From NCBI GenBank assembly GCA_964016885.1, contig OZ024745.1:67828001-67892000 (forward strand): DNA of 64,000 nucleotides. Direction: 5' to 3'. The notes below the pieces were generated by a model. It did not search any database. It was not told the origin of the DNA and was given only the letters and a program-made list of their open reading frames with translations. The stretch is from Eledone cirrhosa. Lineage: Eukaryota. Each line of letters starts with the position of its first letter. Position 1 is the stretch's first letter. Of the stretch, positions 39,362 through 53,289 are shown piece after piece. Made by a program: the position numbers and the translations under genes.

Positions 39362-39985
39362 AGCCTGCGAATCGGCGTTTCCCTGAGGCTCGGCCTCCGG
39401 ATCTGCCAGCCACACCAATGTCGCTGTGGTTCCACCGTGGACTCTTTCGGCCTCCACCCGCTTTACTGTCGCCACAGTGCTGGCCGCATTCCACGCCATA
39501 CTGCCCTCAACGAGGTCATTAAGCATGGCTTGGACACTGCAGGCTTCCCTTACCAGCTCGAGCCGGTGGGGCTGGATCGAGGGGACGGCAAAAGGCCAGA
39601 TGGCATTACCATCTTCCCGTTCTGCGGTTCAAACCCCTCGTGTGGGATGCCACTTGCACCGACACTTTCTGCAGCCGCAACCTGGTACAGTCTGCGACTG
39701 ACCCAGGTTCTGCTGCACGTCGGGCTGAGGGGGCCAAACTCCTCAAATACCGGTCGCTCTCTGACAGGTTTGCGGTCGTTCCCCTGGCAATGGAAACATC
39801 TGGTGTCCTCGGCCCCAGGGCTACCTCCTTACTCACCACCATAGGCGCTGAGCTGGCCAGCCGCAGTTGTGAGCCCCGCGAGTTGGAGTGGCTTTTCCAG
39901 CGCATCTCCCTTGCCGTCCTCCGGGGAAATGCCTTCTTCCATTCTGTTCGCCGGGGCTGTGGGTGGGCCCCATCGCGTACCAATA
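39362..39985 (+). mobile_element. CRE-clade non-LTR retrotransposon 3' fragment (restriction-like endonuclease domain) in SELENOF intron 1
   Basis: GC-rich island encoding a CCHC knuckle ([12 protein letters not shown]), [34 protein letters not shown] and FQRISLAVLRGNA, with a frameshift near 39630. Confidence 0.85.
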
Positions 39986-40859
39986 CATTAGTTAAATACC
40001 ATTCTTTCATCATTACAACTTATATCCACATTAATCAACTGTAATGTTATAAACACCAATAATAACATGTGTTATAATATTACCAGAAATATACAATAAA
40101 ACACACTGTTTTGAGTTAGTTTTAGCTTCAGTATATTTTATATTTCTATAATTAATTCAGCTGGCAATCAATGTTTATCGTTGATTGAACAACAGTTAAA
40201 AATATAGATATAAATATAGTTTCTCAGAGTTCTTTTGTCACACACCTGTGACATCATCAGTGATATTATGTTTCCTCCTGTTGTATTGCTGTAATGTTTC
40301 TTGCTCACTACTTTTAATTAATAACTTCCAGTTTGGTAATACTTATGTTAATGAGGGTATATTATTGTATCAATCTCTGCACAACTGATTTCTTCTGCTT
40401 CTACATCTGAAATTTGTTGTTTGTTTAGCATCAGTCGGCCCTGATTGAGAAAATCTGTGATGGTCACCTCAGATTAAGAAGATTTGTGATAAAAAGCGTT
40501 ACAGAAGTGACCATCTCGGCTGTTTAATAAATTCAGATATAGCGTATCTCGGATTATATTGTTCAGTGTAAATTTATATAAATTATAGATTTTGTTTATT
40601 TAAAAATAAGAATTCCTCTTATTTTCTTCACTTGATGATGTGTCACTTTCTTACTTGGAGTGTCTATGTACTTAAAATATGGCAAGTTTTATGTGCATGC
40701 CATTATTATCATTATTATCATTGATCTAGGAATCAAAATTAAAGAAAGGTAACTCAAGTTAGCAAAATTTTCAAAGCTATTGTTCGTTAAAACTCCTGTT
40801 TGTATGTTATGAGAATAAGAAACAAAAGGTAAGTGTAAAAGCTAAACTCACAAATCTTC

Positions 40860-41300
40860 AATTTGATATTCGTGCCAACCTTTACCTATGATTATGAATC
40901 TTGGATAATGACCGAAAGAATATGATTGTGAACGCAAGCAGCCGAAATGGGATTCCTCTGAAGGGTCTTTGTAGTAATGTTACTCGATAGAGTGCGTAGC
41001 TCGGAGATCCGCAACTTCTCTGAATTGAAAGTTCACAACTCCAATACTATGGGTATGTGGTTATAATGTCACAGGAAAGAATTGCTGGACAGATTTTACG
41101 GGCAAAACCAACTGGCAAGAAATCCAGGGGTAGACCTCAAGCAAGATGATTGAATAACATCCATAAACTCAGCTGGTCTTGCTTGGGGGGTCCAGCCGGA
41201 ACAGTTGGAAATGGTTGCTTCTGACAGGACCTGTTGGAAGGAGTGTTTGAGGACTCTGCCCCATGACCTTTTCAGGAATAAGTGGGTGAAGAAGAAAAAG
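40860..41300 (+). mobile_element. RTE-type LINE 3' fragment, with an inverted degraded copy at ~41430-41640
   Basis: PTFTYDYESWIM, AAEMGFL and PTGKKSRGRP motifs. A related fragment lies at about 7740-7990. Confidence 0.65.
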
Positions 41301-42041
41301 AAAAACAAACTACTTGATACATTAGGTCCATCACAGGTACACTTTCTGTATGTTTTAGGACCTTCCCTCCTTCTTCCTCCACTTATTCTTGTGAAAGTTG
41401 TGGGGACAGAGTCTTCAAAACCTCCTTACAGTAGGTCTTGTTAGAGCAACTGTCTCCAATTGAGCTGGCTAGATCCCCAAGCGAGACCAGCTGAGCTCAT
41501 GAATGTTATCCAATTATTTTACTTGTGTTCTACTTCTAGGTCCCCTGCCGGTTGGTCTTGTTTGTAAAATCTGATGGTGATTCTTTCCCGAGACATTCTA
41601 ACTCGTAATATTAGAGCTGTGATTTCTCAACAGTAGAACCTTATCTTTTAATCATTTTGAAACCAACCTGCCTCAAATCATCACTGGTTCCATGGCACAA
41701 AGCTGTTTATATTTATCTAAAACCCATCCTTCACAAGTTCATGTAAGATCTTTTGTTACATTCCAAACACCAGAAGACTCTGTCTAAGATGCTCCAAGGG
41801 TGTGAACATACCGTCATTTTGAGTTGCTAGTTTTGAAAATTATGTTTCACTTAAAAACAAAACTTTCACCTCTCATCACCTTTGGCTTCCAAAATTTTCC
41901 AGTCTTATTTTGGTCCCAAAATAACATCTTCCGCATTGAGAGATATGGTACTTATTTTACTAAATCCTTTCAAATTCTTGATTATTTTCATTTGAAGTAT
42001 GGTAAGGAAAGGGTTAATTGTTTTTCTTATATTTATTGCAG

Positions 42042-42215
42042 ATATGTTTGGTGGACAGTCAGGACTTTTCAGTATTACAATGTGAACAGCAGGGTATGTT
42101 TCCTAGCTTGGTATGTAGTTCATGTAATGACTTAGACAAATTTCAACTAACACCTCTCAAAGACAGCTGTATGCAATGTTGTCAAACAGATCAAGAAGGA
42201 GATAAAGCATTACGG
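42042..42215 (+). CDS. SELENOF: Selenoprotein F exon 2, Cys-rich UGGT-binding domain
   Basis: Acceptor ttttcttatatttattgcag. Translation ICLVDSQDFSVLQCEQQGMFPSLVCSSCNDLDKFQLTPLKDSCMQCCQTDQEGDKALR has the Sep15 C..CSSC..C..CC pattern. GTAAGT donor at 42216. Confidence 0.95.
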
Positions 42216-43644
42216 GTAAGTTGGTTTGATAAGTAACATCATCGTCATCATCATCATTTTGTCACCTTTCCTTGCTGGATAGGTTGTTACAGTTTGAGAC
42301 TAGACTGGCCAGAGAAGCACATCTTGTTTATATTTTCCATACTTGGCATGTTTTCTACAGCTAGATGCCTTTCCTAACACCAACCACTTTACAGAGTGTA
42401 CTGGGTACATTTTATCACAGTACCAACACCACCTTTTACAATAAAGGGTGACTAATGGTTTCTTTGAACTGTCTCAAAGTTCAACCTATTAATAAAACAG
42501 TATACCCAACTAAATAAATTCAGTAATTGCAGGGTGTTTAAGAAGATCACTTCAAAGCCATGTTGTTCTGGGTTTGATCACATTGCATGTCAACTGAAAA
42601 AATTGTTATCTACTATATGCCCACAGATTGACCAATGTCTTGTGAGTGAAATTTCATGGATGGAAACCTGTGGTACATACATTTATTGGCTTCTGTCCAT
42701 CTATGTTTGTGTTTAGGTTTAGTAATATATACTGGTGTGTCGAATTATGTCTCTTAATGTTAAATGTTAACTTAGCAATTCAATGAATAAGAGATAGATA
42801 AAATAAATCCAAGACCGAAAAAACTACTGGGATCAATATGATTGATTAAAATCCTTTGAAATCAGTGCTCCAGTATGGTCACGTTCAATTGACTGAAACC
42901 AAAAGAGTAATACATATTTTTCATGTTGCTGTATGTAGAAGACATAGGGCTGATACAGTGAAGTGATAGTGCATCCAGGCATAATGGAACATGAACAAAA
43001 TGTGGTTCTCCGACCCAGCTAAAATTAGACCCTGACAATCTGTCTAGTCCATACCGGCATAGAAAACAAACATAAAATAATGATGATATTGATGTTTTAC
43101 ATCTAATTTTTTTTTCATACAAACACAGGCAAGATAGTTTTATAAAGTTTAATATTCACATTATTTGAGCAATTGCTTTTATAACTGAACACTCTAACTA
43201 GTCAAGTAAGAGAGAAAACTGTTGTCAGTCAAGCAGACTGAGACAGACAGAGTTATGTGCCTTGCTTTAACCATTATAATATTTGAATTCATGGCCATTG
43301 AGCTTAATATTTTCCTATAGCTGGGGTTTACCGGCACTATTGGTTTATGCAGCTACAGCTCTCTTCAGCACTTACTTAGCAAATCAATATGGTTGACTTT
43401 ACAAGGTTGCTTAACCGACTAGAAATAACAGTCAGTTATGTTACTAATCATACCTTGTCTTAAGGACATGTTAGATAATATAGTCAGGTGTACATAATGC
43501 CTGAAAAAATGTGATGGTAATTACTGGTATGGCTTTCATTTTAGGTCCACTCAGTTGGGGTTGATCTGGGGCTAAAGAATAACCTATGCAGGCTTTCATC
43601 CATTTTTTGTGAGAGGAGAAATTTTACTAGATCAGTTATTTTGT

Positions 43645-43875
43645 ACAAGTGCCACAATGAAAAGCACACAGTCTACCATGTATAGTGCTAGTGCTGATGC
43701 CATGACAAAAGCACCCAGTTTACCATGTAAAGTGGTAGTGCTGGTGCCATGACAAAAGCACCCAGTTTACTATGTAAAGTGGTAGTGCTGGTGCCATGAC
43801 AAAAGCATGGAGTTCACCTTGTAAAGTGGTAGTGCTAGTGCCACAAAAAAGCTCCCCATCAATGATGTAAAGTGG
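43645..43875. repeat. Tandem ~47-bp repeats inside a SINE
   Basis: GTAGTGCTGGTGCCATGACAAAAGCACCCAGTTTACCATGTAAAGTG repeated 4-5 times. Confidence 0.8.
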
Positions 43876-46800
43876 TTGCCATTAGGAAGGGAATTCACCC
43901 ATAGAAAACCATGCCCAAAATGGATTGTATAAGCAAGCTATGGTCATCTGACCTGTCTAGCCTCATAACGTGACAACCCACCTAACCCATTCAAACATGG
44001 AAAATAAATGTTAAACAGTGATGAATTTTCTTTTATTGTAAATTACTTGACTATAAAGTAGGAAGCAGAACTTGATTCATATCATTGAGCCAAATTGGAG
44101 GTGACGATGTTTGGCCTACTGGTAAGAGTGTTTTGCTCACAATCATGATGTGGATTTGAAAACTGAATTGGACAGCTTGTTGCGTTCCTGAGAAAGAAAC
44201 TTCATTATATATTGTTATGGATAACTCAACTGGAAATGACACTCAGTTGTTTCTACAATCGATTTGCACCTTCCAAGTCTTGTACTTTTAGTTACTTAAC
44301 ATCAATGAACACAAAATAAATCCTGATGTCTTGGAACAGACTTAAATTAACTAAAGAAAATTGGAAGAATGAGAATTATGTACCTAACTCAAATTTTATA
44401 ATACAGGAAGGTTTGAACCTTTCATGATGTCAGCAATCCAATGCCGTAACCTCATAGCCAACAATTCTAAATAACTTCAACTGAAATTTTATTTCTTCCT
44501 TCTTTCACATATTACAACTGTAAAGTGGTCAGTTGGATGGGAGTTTCAAGGCACTGTTTTATGACCATAAATTGTTTCTGTTGCCAACTCTGTCAGTTGG
44601 CTCTTCTTACATATATTAGGAAGAGAATTGGTAGAGTCATTAGAATGTCAGATAGAATACTTTGCAATATTAGTTCTAGCTCTCTGCACTCTGTGATCAA
44701 ATCCTGCCTTTCACCCTGTTAAGGTCCAGTACTAAGGTCAATTCTTCCTTTATATTTCTTTCTGATTTCTTCTTTCTCTCTCTCTGGAAGAAATTGGCTG
44801 TGTTCTGTTCAGACCTGGAAAGAGATGTGCTCTGCCAGGTTTAAAATGCCCAAGGTATGTTGTAAATTACAATGCCCCTCCTCTACGACTTCATCAGGAG
44901 TTATAATCCCATATATATATACTTTATGCATGGATATGATATGTCTATTCTAAAAACATTTAGGAAACATGTGTCTGAAAAACAGGTGGGATAGTCACAG
45001 GTGAAATATCATTTGATCATAGATGTGTTTGATCAGAATTAACTTCTGACTAACCACAACTCCTATTTTATCTCACCTCCACAATCTCTACATTTATCAC
45101 TGTGTTCAATTGTTCCCATACAGAGCTACAGTCCTCTGGAACTCACTATCTTGCCACATCAACCAGCAAAAGTTGAAGTTTATTACTTTTATTGACTTTA
45201 TCAATTTGGAAGGGAACCTACAAAGGTCATGTTTGTACTTCTCTCCAAATAAATAAGGATTTCAAACAGGCACAAGATTACAATAATTCTTTTTGGTAGG
45301 TGGTGGTGAAGTCAGTTCGATCAACCCCCCAGTATTTAACTGTTATTTTATTTTATTGACTGATACTTGAATGGTACTATATTTTATACACCATGAAAGT
45401 CAATTCACCATAATAAAAAAAGACGATGAACTCAGCCCCTTTGGTACTACTGGATCTTAATTTTACTTAACTACTTGAAGTTGAGGTTCAGTCACAGGTT
45501 AGACTTATGTTCAAAGACATTCTAGCTGCGACCATATGAAGGTATTACCTATCTATCTTAGCCACATGGTTAGCTTAACCTTTTTGGTACCAAACTATAT
45601 CAAACTGCCCCTGGTTCTATGATACAAAACTGTTTTAAAGTGTTTCTATTTATCTAAAAACATTCCATCAGAATTTTGTGTAAGAACCTTTAAGTTCCAA
45701 TCAACACACCGTCTTAACAATCAGTAAGTTAATTATATTACTAAATCCCTCTTAATTATTGATTATTTTATAAATTATGTGGAAATCATAGGTAGTGTCT
45801 TTCATTAGAAATATAGTAACATAAAAGTTTAAGGGTGTCGGTCTTGAAACCATTTCCCCAAAGTGTTCCATATAGTTTGCCATTACTAAGGATAAGAGCA
45901 AAGCCATAGCTAAGCCTTCTTATTGCCAATATAGGTCAGACATTAGTTAGAAGGATGGTAGGTACAATTTGAAGGAGAATGATATATGATGAAAAGCATT
46001 CCAGCCATGGCTATCATGTCTTTGTATATCTAGGACAGTAGGGTATGATTTTAGTGAATTTGGTTATTATTTCTAGCAGTATGAGCAACCACATAGAGAC
46101 TCTTTTAGTTCATCTTATCTATTGATATTCCTGAAAATAGTATTTCTTACTAATCCATCCAGTCTAGTTAGATATAAAGAAATTCTATAGGCTGTATTCT
46201 ATAGCTATATATATGTGAAGATGCATGGCCTAGTGGTTAGGGTGTCAGGTTCAAAATCACAAGGACGTGGGTTTAGGACTTTAGTTTACTGAAATCAACT
46301 TTCCTAGTAAGGTCTGCTGGTAGCTGAAGTAACTGCTATGGCAGTTTTTCAACCCTTAAAAAACAGCTGCCAAATCATCTTCAAATCAAATTTAAATAAT
46401 AAAGAGCTGTAAATATGGATATATTTTTGTTTCTTTTTAACTTTCTTAATGAATATTTTTTAATGAAATTTTAATGTTGATGAAATTAACAAACCAAACG
46501 TTTTATTTAATTAAAAAAAATATTTTCATTATTGTAAAGTTCAGTTTGCTAATGCTTTCAATTACCACATACTTTAAATTTCTATTTGTAGAAGGCTAAA
46601 TCTAAATTATTCAATATACAAACTTCACATACATGGAGTGAACACCTTAATTCTATTTCTTGTTCAGGCCTAGCCAGCCTACAGCTCTGTATGCAAATGA
46701 GGCTAATCAGCCCATATACATAAGTGTTAAAACTATATGTTTGCGCCTATTTGAGTTCCAGTATGAAGTGAGGTAAAGAGGTGCGTTACCTCTACAATGG

Positions 46801-47861
46801 CCAAATAAACTAGTTACAGCTCTGACTTTCTCTTGCTTCTGCTGAAACTCAGTTGGTGGCGCTTGCCACCATTTATAAAAATTTTGGCTAAGGGATTTCA
46901 AATGTCTATTCATAAACATATTGTATATTATTTGATATACAAACTTGACATACATAAACTCAGATATTCGTTCATCATGCCTTCCACTTTCATGATAATG
47001 AATTATATTAATAAGGATAGTGGGTGTCATAAAATTTCTACAGGAATATAATGTCACTTCTACAATTACAAAAACATTTTTAAAAATCATCAACATATTT
47101 GTAATGTACAACTTCGAAAAAACGTATCTCTGTAAATTTCATCATCATCATCATCATCATCATCATTTTACATCCGCTTTTCCCTGCTTGCAAGAGTGGG
47201 ACATTAAAAAATATATATTATAAAGAAAGTTTTGAGGAAACAAAGTTTTTTTTTTGTGTGTGTGTGTTTGTGTATGTGTTTGGGGCACTAAACTGTAGTT
47301 ATGCTTCAATACTTTTGTTTTAGATATACTGCCAGAGAAAAGATGTGATCGTAACGAATGGAATTTCCTCTGAGCAGTGCTGACTCGGTGCTAAATGACT
47401 GATTTAAGCTGAGATATGTAGAACAAGTGATTTGACTAACACAGTCATCATTGTTTAATGTGTATTTTCCATATTTGCATGGGTTAGACTGGTTGAGGGA
47501 CCAGTATATGTTGTTTTTGGCTAGGTTTTCTATGGAAGGATGCCCTTAATGCTAGCATGTACTGGGAACATTTTTTTCTGGAACCAACACTACCAACTTA
47601 CAGAGTAAACTGGGTGCTTATTGTGGCACCAGCGCTACCACATCACACACATATATATATATATATAACAGTAACATATGTTAATTTTGATATATACATA
47701 TATATATATATATATATATGGTAATATGAAAGAGTCGGGACCCCAACAGCTGAGCTCTTGCTGTTTCAACAGCTAGTTCCAGATGTCTGAAACTAGCTGT
47801 TGAAATGGCAAGAGCTCAGTGGTCAGGGTCCTGACTTTTTCATATTACCATACTCTATATA

Positions 47862-48200
47862 TAATAATAATGAAAATATTGTGTACAGTGCTCAGGTGCA
47901 CTACAACTCATCAAAAAGTGTATGTATAGTACATAGGGTAATGTACAAACGTCAGGAAAATGAACAGTCATGATATACACATGTGCATGTGTATGGAAGG
48001 GGTACATCAGGTGTAGTTTTGGCGAATTTCGGGAAGCATGAGGGTTTTAAAGGATGCAGTGTCTCGGCAGCTAACAACTGACGCAGGCAGTTTGTTCCCT
48101 GCTTCAGCAACTCTAAGCGTTAAAAAATGTTTCCGAAAGTCATGGGAGCTGTGCTGTTTTCTGATTTTGTAGGCATGTCCATGTGTGTTAGACACATGGA
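47862..48200 (-). mobile_element. CR1-group LINE 3' end
   Basis: HGHAYKIRKQHSSHDFRKHFLTLRVAEAGNKLPASVV...FK is the typical CR1 ORF2 C-terminus. (ATT)n tail. Confidence 0.8.
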
Positions 48201-48289
48201 GATAAAAAAAACTACCTCTACTACTACCACAAATATCGAGTACTCTGATGAGTACTGGTCTAAACGGGTTTTTTACTGAATCCATGTTG

Positions 48290-48325
<36 letters not shown>

Positions 48326-48728
48326 AAACACATATAGAGTATTATGGTTGATTAGCAGTAACATTAACACAGGGTGATAAACATATATGAATATACAAAT
48401 ACATTTCTGTATAATGAACATACTTAAATCCTGCTGTGAATATTTTAAGTTGTTCAATTAATTACCAGCCCATGAAGCTCACATTATATACAATAAGCAT
48501 ATCTCTAAATTATTTGCAAAAATCTACATACAAACTATCAACTCTCAGTACCGAGTAAGTAAATGTCACTAAAGATAAATAAAGACCCTGAAATACTATT
48601 ATTTGATTTTTTTCACACATTGATGTAGCTGATATGATCACAGATTAAAATACCCACAGCTTACGTATGTTTATTACACATAAATATATTCTATGCTTTT
48701 CTACACACGTCTATTATATATATATATA

Positions 48729-49271
48729 TGAGGCAGCTTGAAAAAGTTTGTGGAAAAGGACAGTTGGATAAAACAGTTTAAGTTATGTTTATTTTTCCAC
48801 AAATGCTCCATTTAGGTCAATACACTTCTGCCAGCGTTGATACCTGCCTTTAGGTCCATCTGTGTAAAACTGAGGGCCATGCGATTTAAACCATGTCAAA
48901 GCAGCTTTTTTTTACATCTTCAACTAGGGATCATCTTCACCCTCATCTCTGCCACTTCTAAAACGTCTTATCCATTTGTAGATCATTGATTTCTTTGGGG
49001 CATTGTCCCCATAAATTTGGTGCAGAGCGTCAATGATTTGGCTGCTCTTCCACCCTAGCTTCACCATGAATTTGATGTCTTGACGGAGGCCACGTTGCTT
49101 GAGGAGGTGCTGATTCCCGACTGGCGGAGCTATGCTGCAACATGCATTTAAGGTTTCATGTTAGAACATGTTATGACATGTTAGTACGAGAACGTACAGG
49201 TGCATTGAGAACAAAATCCCTGCATCTGATTTTTAGCTATGTACTTTTTTCACAAACTTTTCAAGCCCTCG
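48729..49271 (-). mobile_element. Mariner deletion derivative, Hsmar2/irritans-like
   Basis: Imperfect TIRs of about 28 bp with TA flanks. Remnant IKFMVKLGWKSSQIIDALHQIYGDNAPKKSMIYKWIRRFRSGRDEGEDD is fused to ALTWFKSHGPQFYTDGPKGRYQRWQKCIDLNGAFVEK-stop. Confidence 0.88.
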
Positions 49272-50605
49272 TATATATGCCAAAATCTCAATTTAGTTAG
49301 TCTAACTCATATAATCATCTCCCTACCATGTTTTCAAGGATAAAAGAAACAATACCAGCCATTTTATATACATATAATAAATATATTTTTTATTATTGTG
49401 AAGTTAGAGTCCTGTGTATTCTAACTTGGCCTTAATAAAGAAAATATTGATCTCTACTCTGGTATTGATTACTTATTTTCATGACCATCACTGCCAAGCA
49501 AATAAATATAGATATAAACAAATCATATGACACTTGAGAATTGACAAGGTGGATAATGTGTTCAATATATTGTAAGTTCATATCCTACAGCAGGCAATTC
49601 TTTATCGTTAACAAAGTAGTAATGGTGAACTAATAAAATATACTCAGTCCACTCTGTGACGTGGTAGTGCTGGTGCCACAATAAGCACCCGGTTTACTCT
49701 GTAAAGTTGTAGTACTGGTGCCATTACAAAAATCACCCAGTTCATTCGGTAAGTTGGTATTGTTGGTTCCACAAAAAAATGTTCCCGGTACATGCTAGCA
49801 TTAAGAAGGGCATTCTGTCATAGAAAACAACTTATGAGCAAGAGATGGTCCCTTGACCAGTCTAGCTTCAGAACACAACCAGTGTAACCCATGCAAGTAT
49901 GGAAAATACACATTAATCAATGATGACTGTGTTAGTCAAATCACTTTGTGCTACATATCTCAGCTTAAATCAGTTACTGTCATTTAGCCCCGAGTCAGCA
50001 CTGCTCAGAGGAAATTCCATTTGTTACTATCACATCTTTTTGGAAGTTCGTCGGATAAACTGTACTTGTAATTCACCCTGCATCACACTGAATTTTCCAG
50101 AGAACTACGTTTAGGTTATACGTGCCTGTGATGTGCTCAGTCACTTGCAGATCAATTTCACAAGCAGGAGTTACATCCATCGATTCAACCAATTCATACA
50201 ATATTTAATCCTGTATGTTATCTGTACATATATACATAACATTTCTGAAATTATATCCTAGAAATAGATTATTAAAATATTATTTGTCTCTTTAATCACT
50301 TCCACGTGTCTGCAATCAACTTAACTTACAGGGTTCCTCTATGTAAAACATTAATTTCCCAGTTTCTATGATGGTTTTATTGTCCAGTAATTCTGGTATA
50401 TATGGCATACCAATCCTTGACTCTCCTAAAATTTAATGTGTTCAATACTATTGCCATCATTGTTGAAGGCGCAGGTCCACTAATATATGTATGGATGGAT
50501 ATATATATATATATAAAGATGCTGGAAGCTCAGATAGATAATTTATTAATATATCTTATCCTTTCATTGAGATGTCTATGTATTAGAGAGTTAACTTTAT
50601 AAATT

Positions 50606-50639
<34 letters not shown>

Positions 50640-50641
<2 letters not shown>

Positions 50642-50713
50642 GGGTGTCCCAAAAATGTATACACTCTTTGATTAGAATGCTGTTGAAGTATGTATACATT
50701 TTTTGGGACACTA
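50640..50713. mobile_element. Small Tc1-like MITE (related copy ~24809-24908)
   Basis: TIR CAGGGTGTCCCAAAAATGTATAC / GTATACATTTTTGGGACACT around a short spacer. Confidence 0.55.
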
Positions 50714-53289
50714 CACCCAACTACACCTCTCAAAGTCAATGACACACGACCGTGACTTCTGGCGTCACGCAGTAATACAGGGTACCCGACCTCCCATGGG
50801 TACATGCTGAAGCATATAAACAATATGCCCCCACCGCAAGGTGGTCGTGGAGGTGCCACGGCAAAAAAGCACCCAGCCCACACTGTAAAGTGGACGTGTA
50901 GGCGCCACGAAAAAGCACCCAGCACTCACTGTAAATGAGGTTGGTGTTAGGAAGGGCATCCAGCTGTAGAAATCAAGCCAGATCAGTTCCTGTATGAGCA
51001 AGGCATGGTCAGCCGACCAGACACTGCCCACAACAGGACAACCCGTCTAACCCATGCTAGCGTGGAAGAACGGACGTAAAACGGTGATGATGATGATGAT
51101 GATGATGATGACTGTGTATGTGTGTGTATATATATATATTACATATATATATACAGAGAGAGAGAAATGTAAAATCCCGGTATTTTACCTATCTTTATAC
51201 CTACTCTGCATCTCCCCATGCATTGAGTACTCCCATGATTAGTGGACTCCCCTGTCTCAGCACCGCAGACTCTCTCCCCACACGCACATATATATATAAA
51301 TCAGGACAGAACCAGTTTAAAACTAGTTAGACCATTACTCAACAGTCCACGATATTTGAAGTAGTAGAGTATGGCTCTTTATAATATATATATATATGGA
51401 TATAAGCGAGATTCGGGGAGGGGCGTGTCACATCTGAGAGTTAAGTAGCTCCGATTATGTACGGACGTTAGATGAAAACGATAATTTTGTTAGGATTTGT
51501 TGGAAATTATCATTAACAAAAAATATATGTATGTAATGGAAATCAATATAACAACTACTATACGTACTAAACCCAACTACAGACCTTGCTTCGTGGTCTC
51601 GGTGTAAAGATTTTAAGTTATCTTCCGGTAATCTGCAATCGCTTTCGAATCTGATTTAAAATTACCCTCGCACTATCCATATTACCTGTTTTAGCTAAAA
51701 TTATAATTACCAATATCTACAACACATATTGTATAAAATACATAACACATTCAACATTGAAAATTAGTCACAAAATGTGAAAAAAGGAAAAAAAAATATT
51801 ACAAAAATATTGGATTTAATATTTTTATTATTTTTTGTTAATAATAAAAAAACCCCGCAGACATAATACACCGGGGGATGGTGCGTTAATAAAGCCAGTC
51901 CATTCTTATGGATGGCCGTCTCTATCCCGATCGAAGTAAATACGTGGTTTCGACGTCATACGGTTCTGAAGGAACGACATGAAAACAGCAGTTTCTCATA
52001 ACTTCGTATCTTTACATGATTTTGTCACGTAGTTGACGAGAGATAGATTAGGAGAGAGAGAATGAGAAAAGGAGGGCGAGATAGAATGATAGTGAGAAAC
52101 TGACTGGTGGGAAATAGATACAGAAAGAACTTATGAAGATGACGACATTCTTACGTGGAATGAATATTTCTTAAAATTTCTAAGCAAGGGAGAAAACCCA
52201 TATCATGCGGAAGTGTGTGTTGCGAAGGGAAGTAATATGAAATATCATACTTCTAATAATGTAAGGCAAACTTTCAGAAAACTCTTAAATATATATATTT
52301 TCGGCTTTATTCAAGAAATTACGTGCAATAAAATGATTAATTATATTCGCTAAATTAACTTAATACAATTTATTGACAACGATATCTAGCTGGATATTAA
52401 TTTCAGTGATTAATCAGTTAGTCAATACCTACAAATGTACATTCTGCTTTAACAGATATATCAAAGTTCTGCCGCCTATTTGGCAACCGTCCTCGTCAGG
52501 GGTTTGGGAGCTTGCCCAAGGAGGGTTTACTGAGGGCAAGACTGCTAACACCTGCAATTAATATTTAATACGCATCACTGTACCCGGAGGGTGCAGGTTA
52601 GGTGCAATTTTTGGAAATTCTCAAATTGAGAAATATTCCTAAATAATCAAAGAAAAGACTGAAAAGTAATTCAAAGATTTTGCTGTTATGATGATAATAA
52701 TTGTTTCTACTTTAGGCACAAGGCCAGCAAATACTCAGTGCATCACTGGTACTTTATTTTATCGACCCCGTAAGGATGAAAGGCAAAGTCAACCTCGGGA
52801 TTTGAACTCAGATCGTAAAGGGACAATAATAAACATCTCTGATCAGGGCAAGCTTTCTGCCTGCTACTTGTATCATGTATGGTACTGCTTGCTTGTGAAA
52901 TTAATATACAAGTGGTTGAGTATTTCACAGACATCTGTACTCATAACATAATTCTAAAGAGAGATTCAGTATGGTACAGTGCAGGACAAGGCTAACCCTT
53001 TGAATTATTGGTATAGTTCAGCTGACCGGCTTCTACACAATTTCTATCTACTTAATTTTACTCACAATGCGTGGGTTGACCTGAGGTTATGGTAAAGACA
53101 TATTTGCCCAATATGTCACACAGTGGGTTCAAACTTAGAACCTCATGATTGTGAAACATACCTCTTAACTATTCAGTCATCTCTCTGTTAAGTAATAATA
53201 AATTTAAGATGTCACACATCTTAAAACCCCAAATACAAATGCATAGCTTGCATATTCAGGTCCTTAATACTTCTTGTGCAAACTAAATA

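Noticed and set aside
39606-40013. 135-aa minus-strand ORF
   Set aside because: It is the antisense of the GC-rich CRE endonuclease fragment.
48250-48290. Hammerhead at CTGATGAGTACTGG (family also at ~9630, 23360, 51310)
   Set aside because: The GAAA box and stem II partner are missing in all copies here, so it is too degraded to call.
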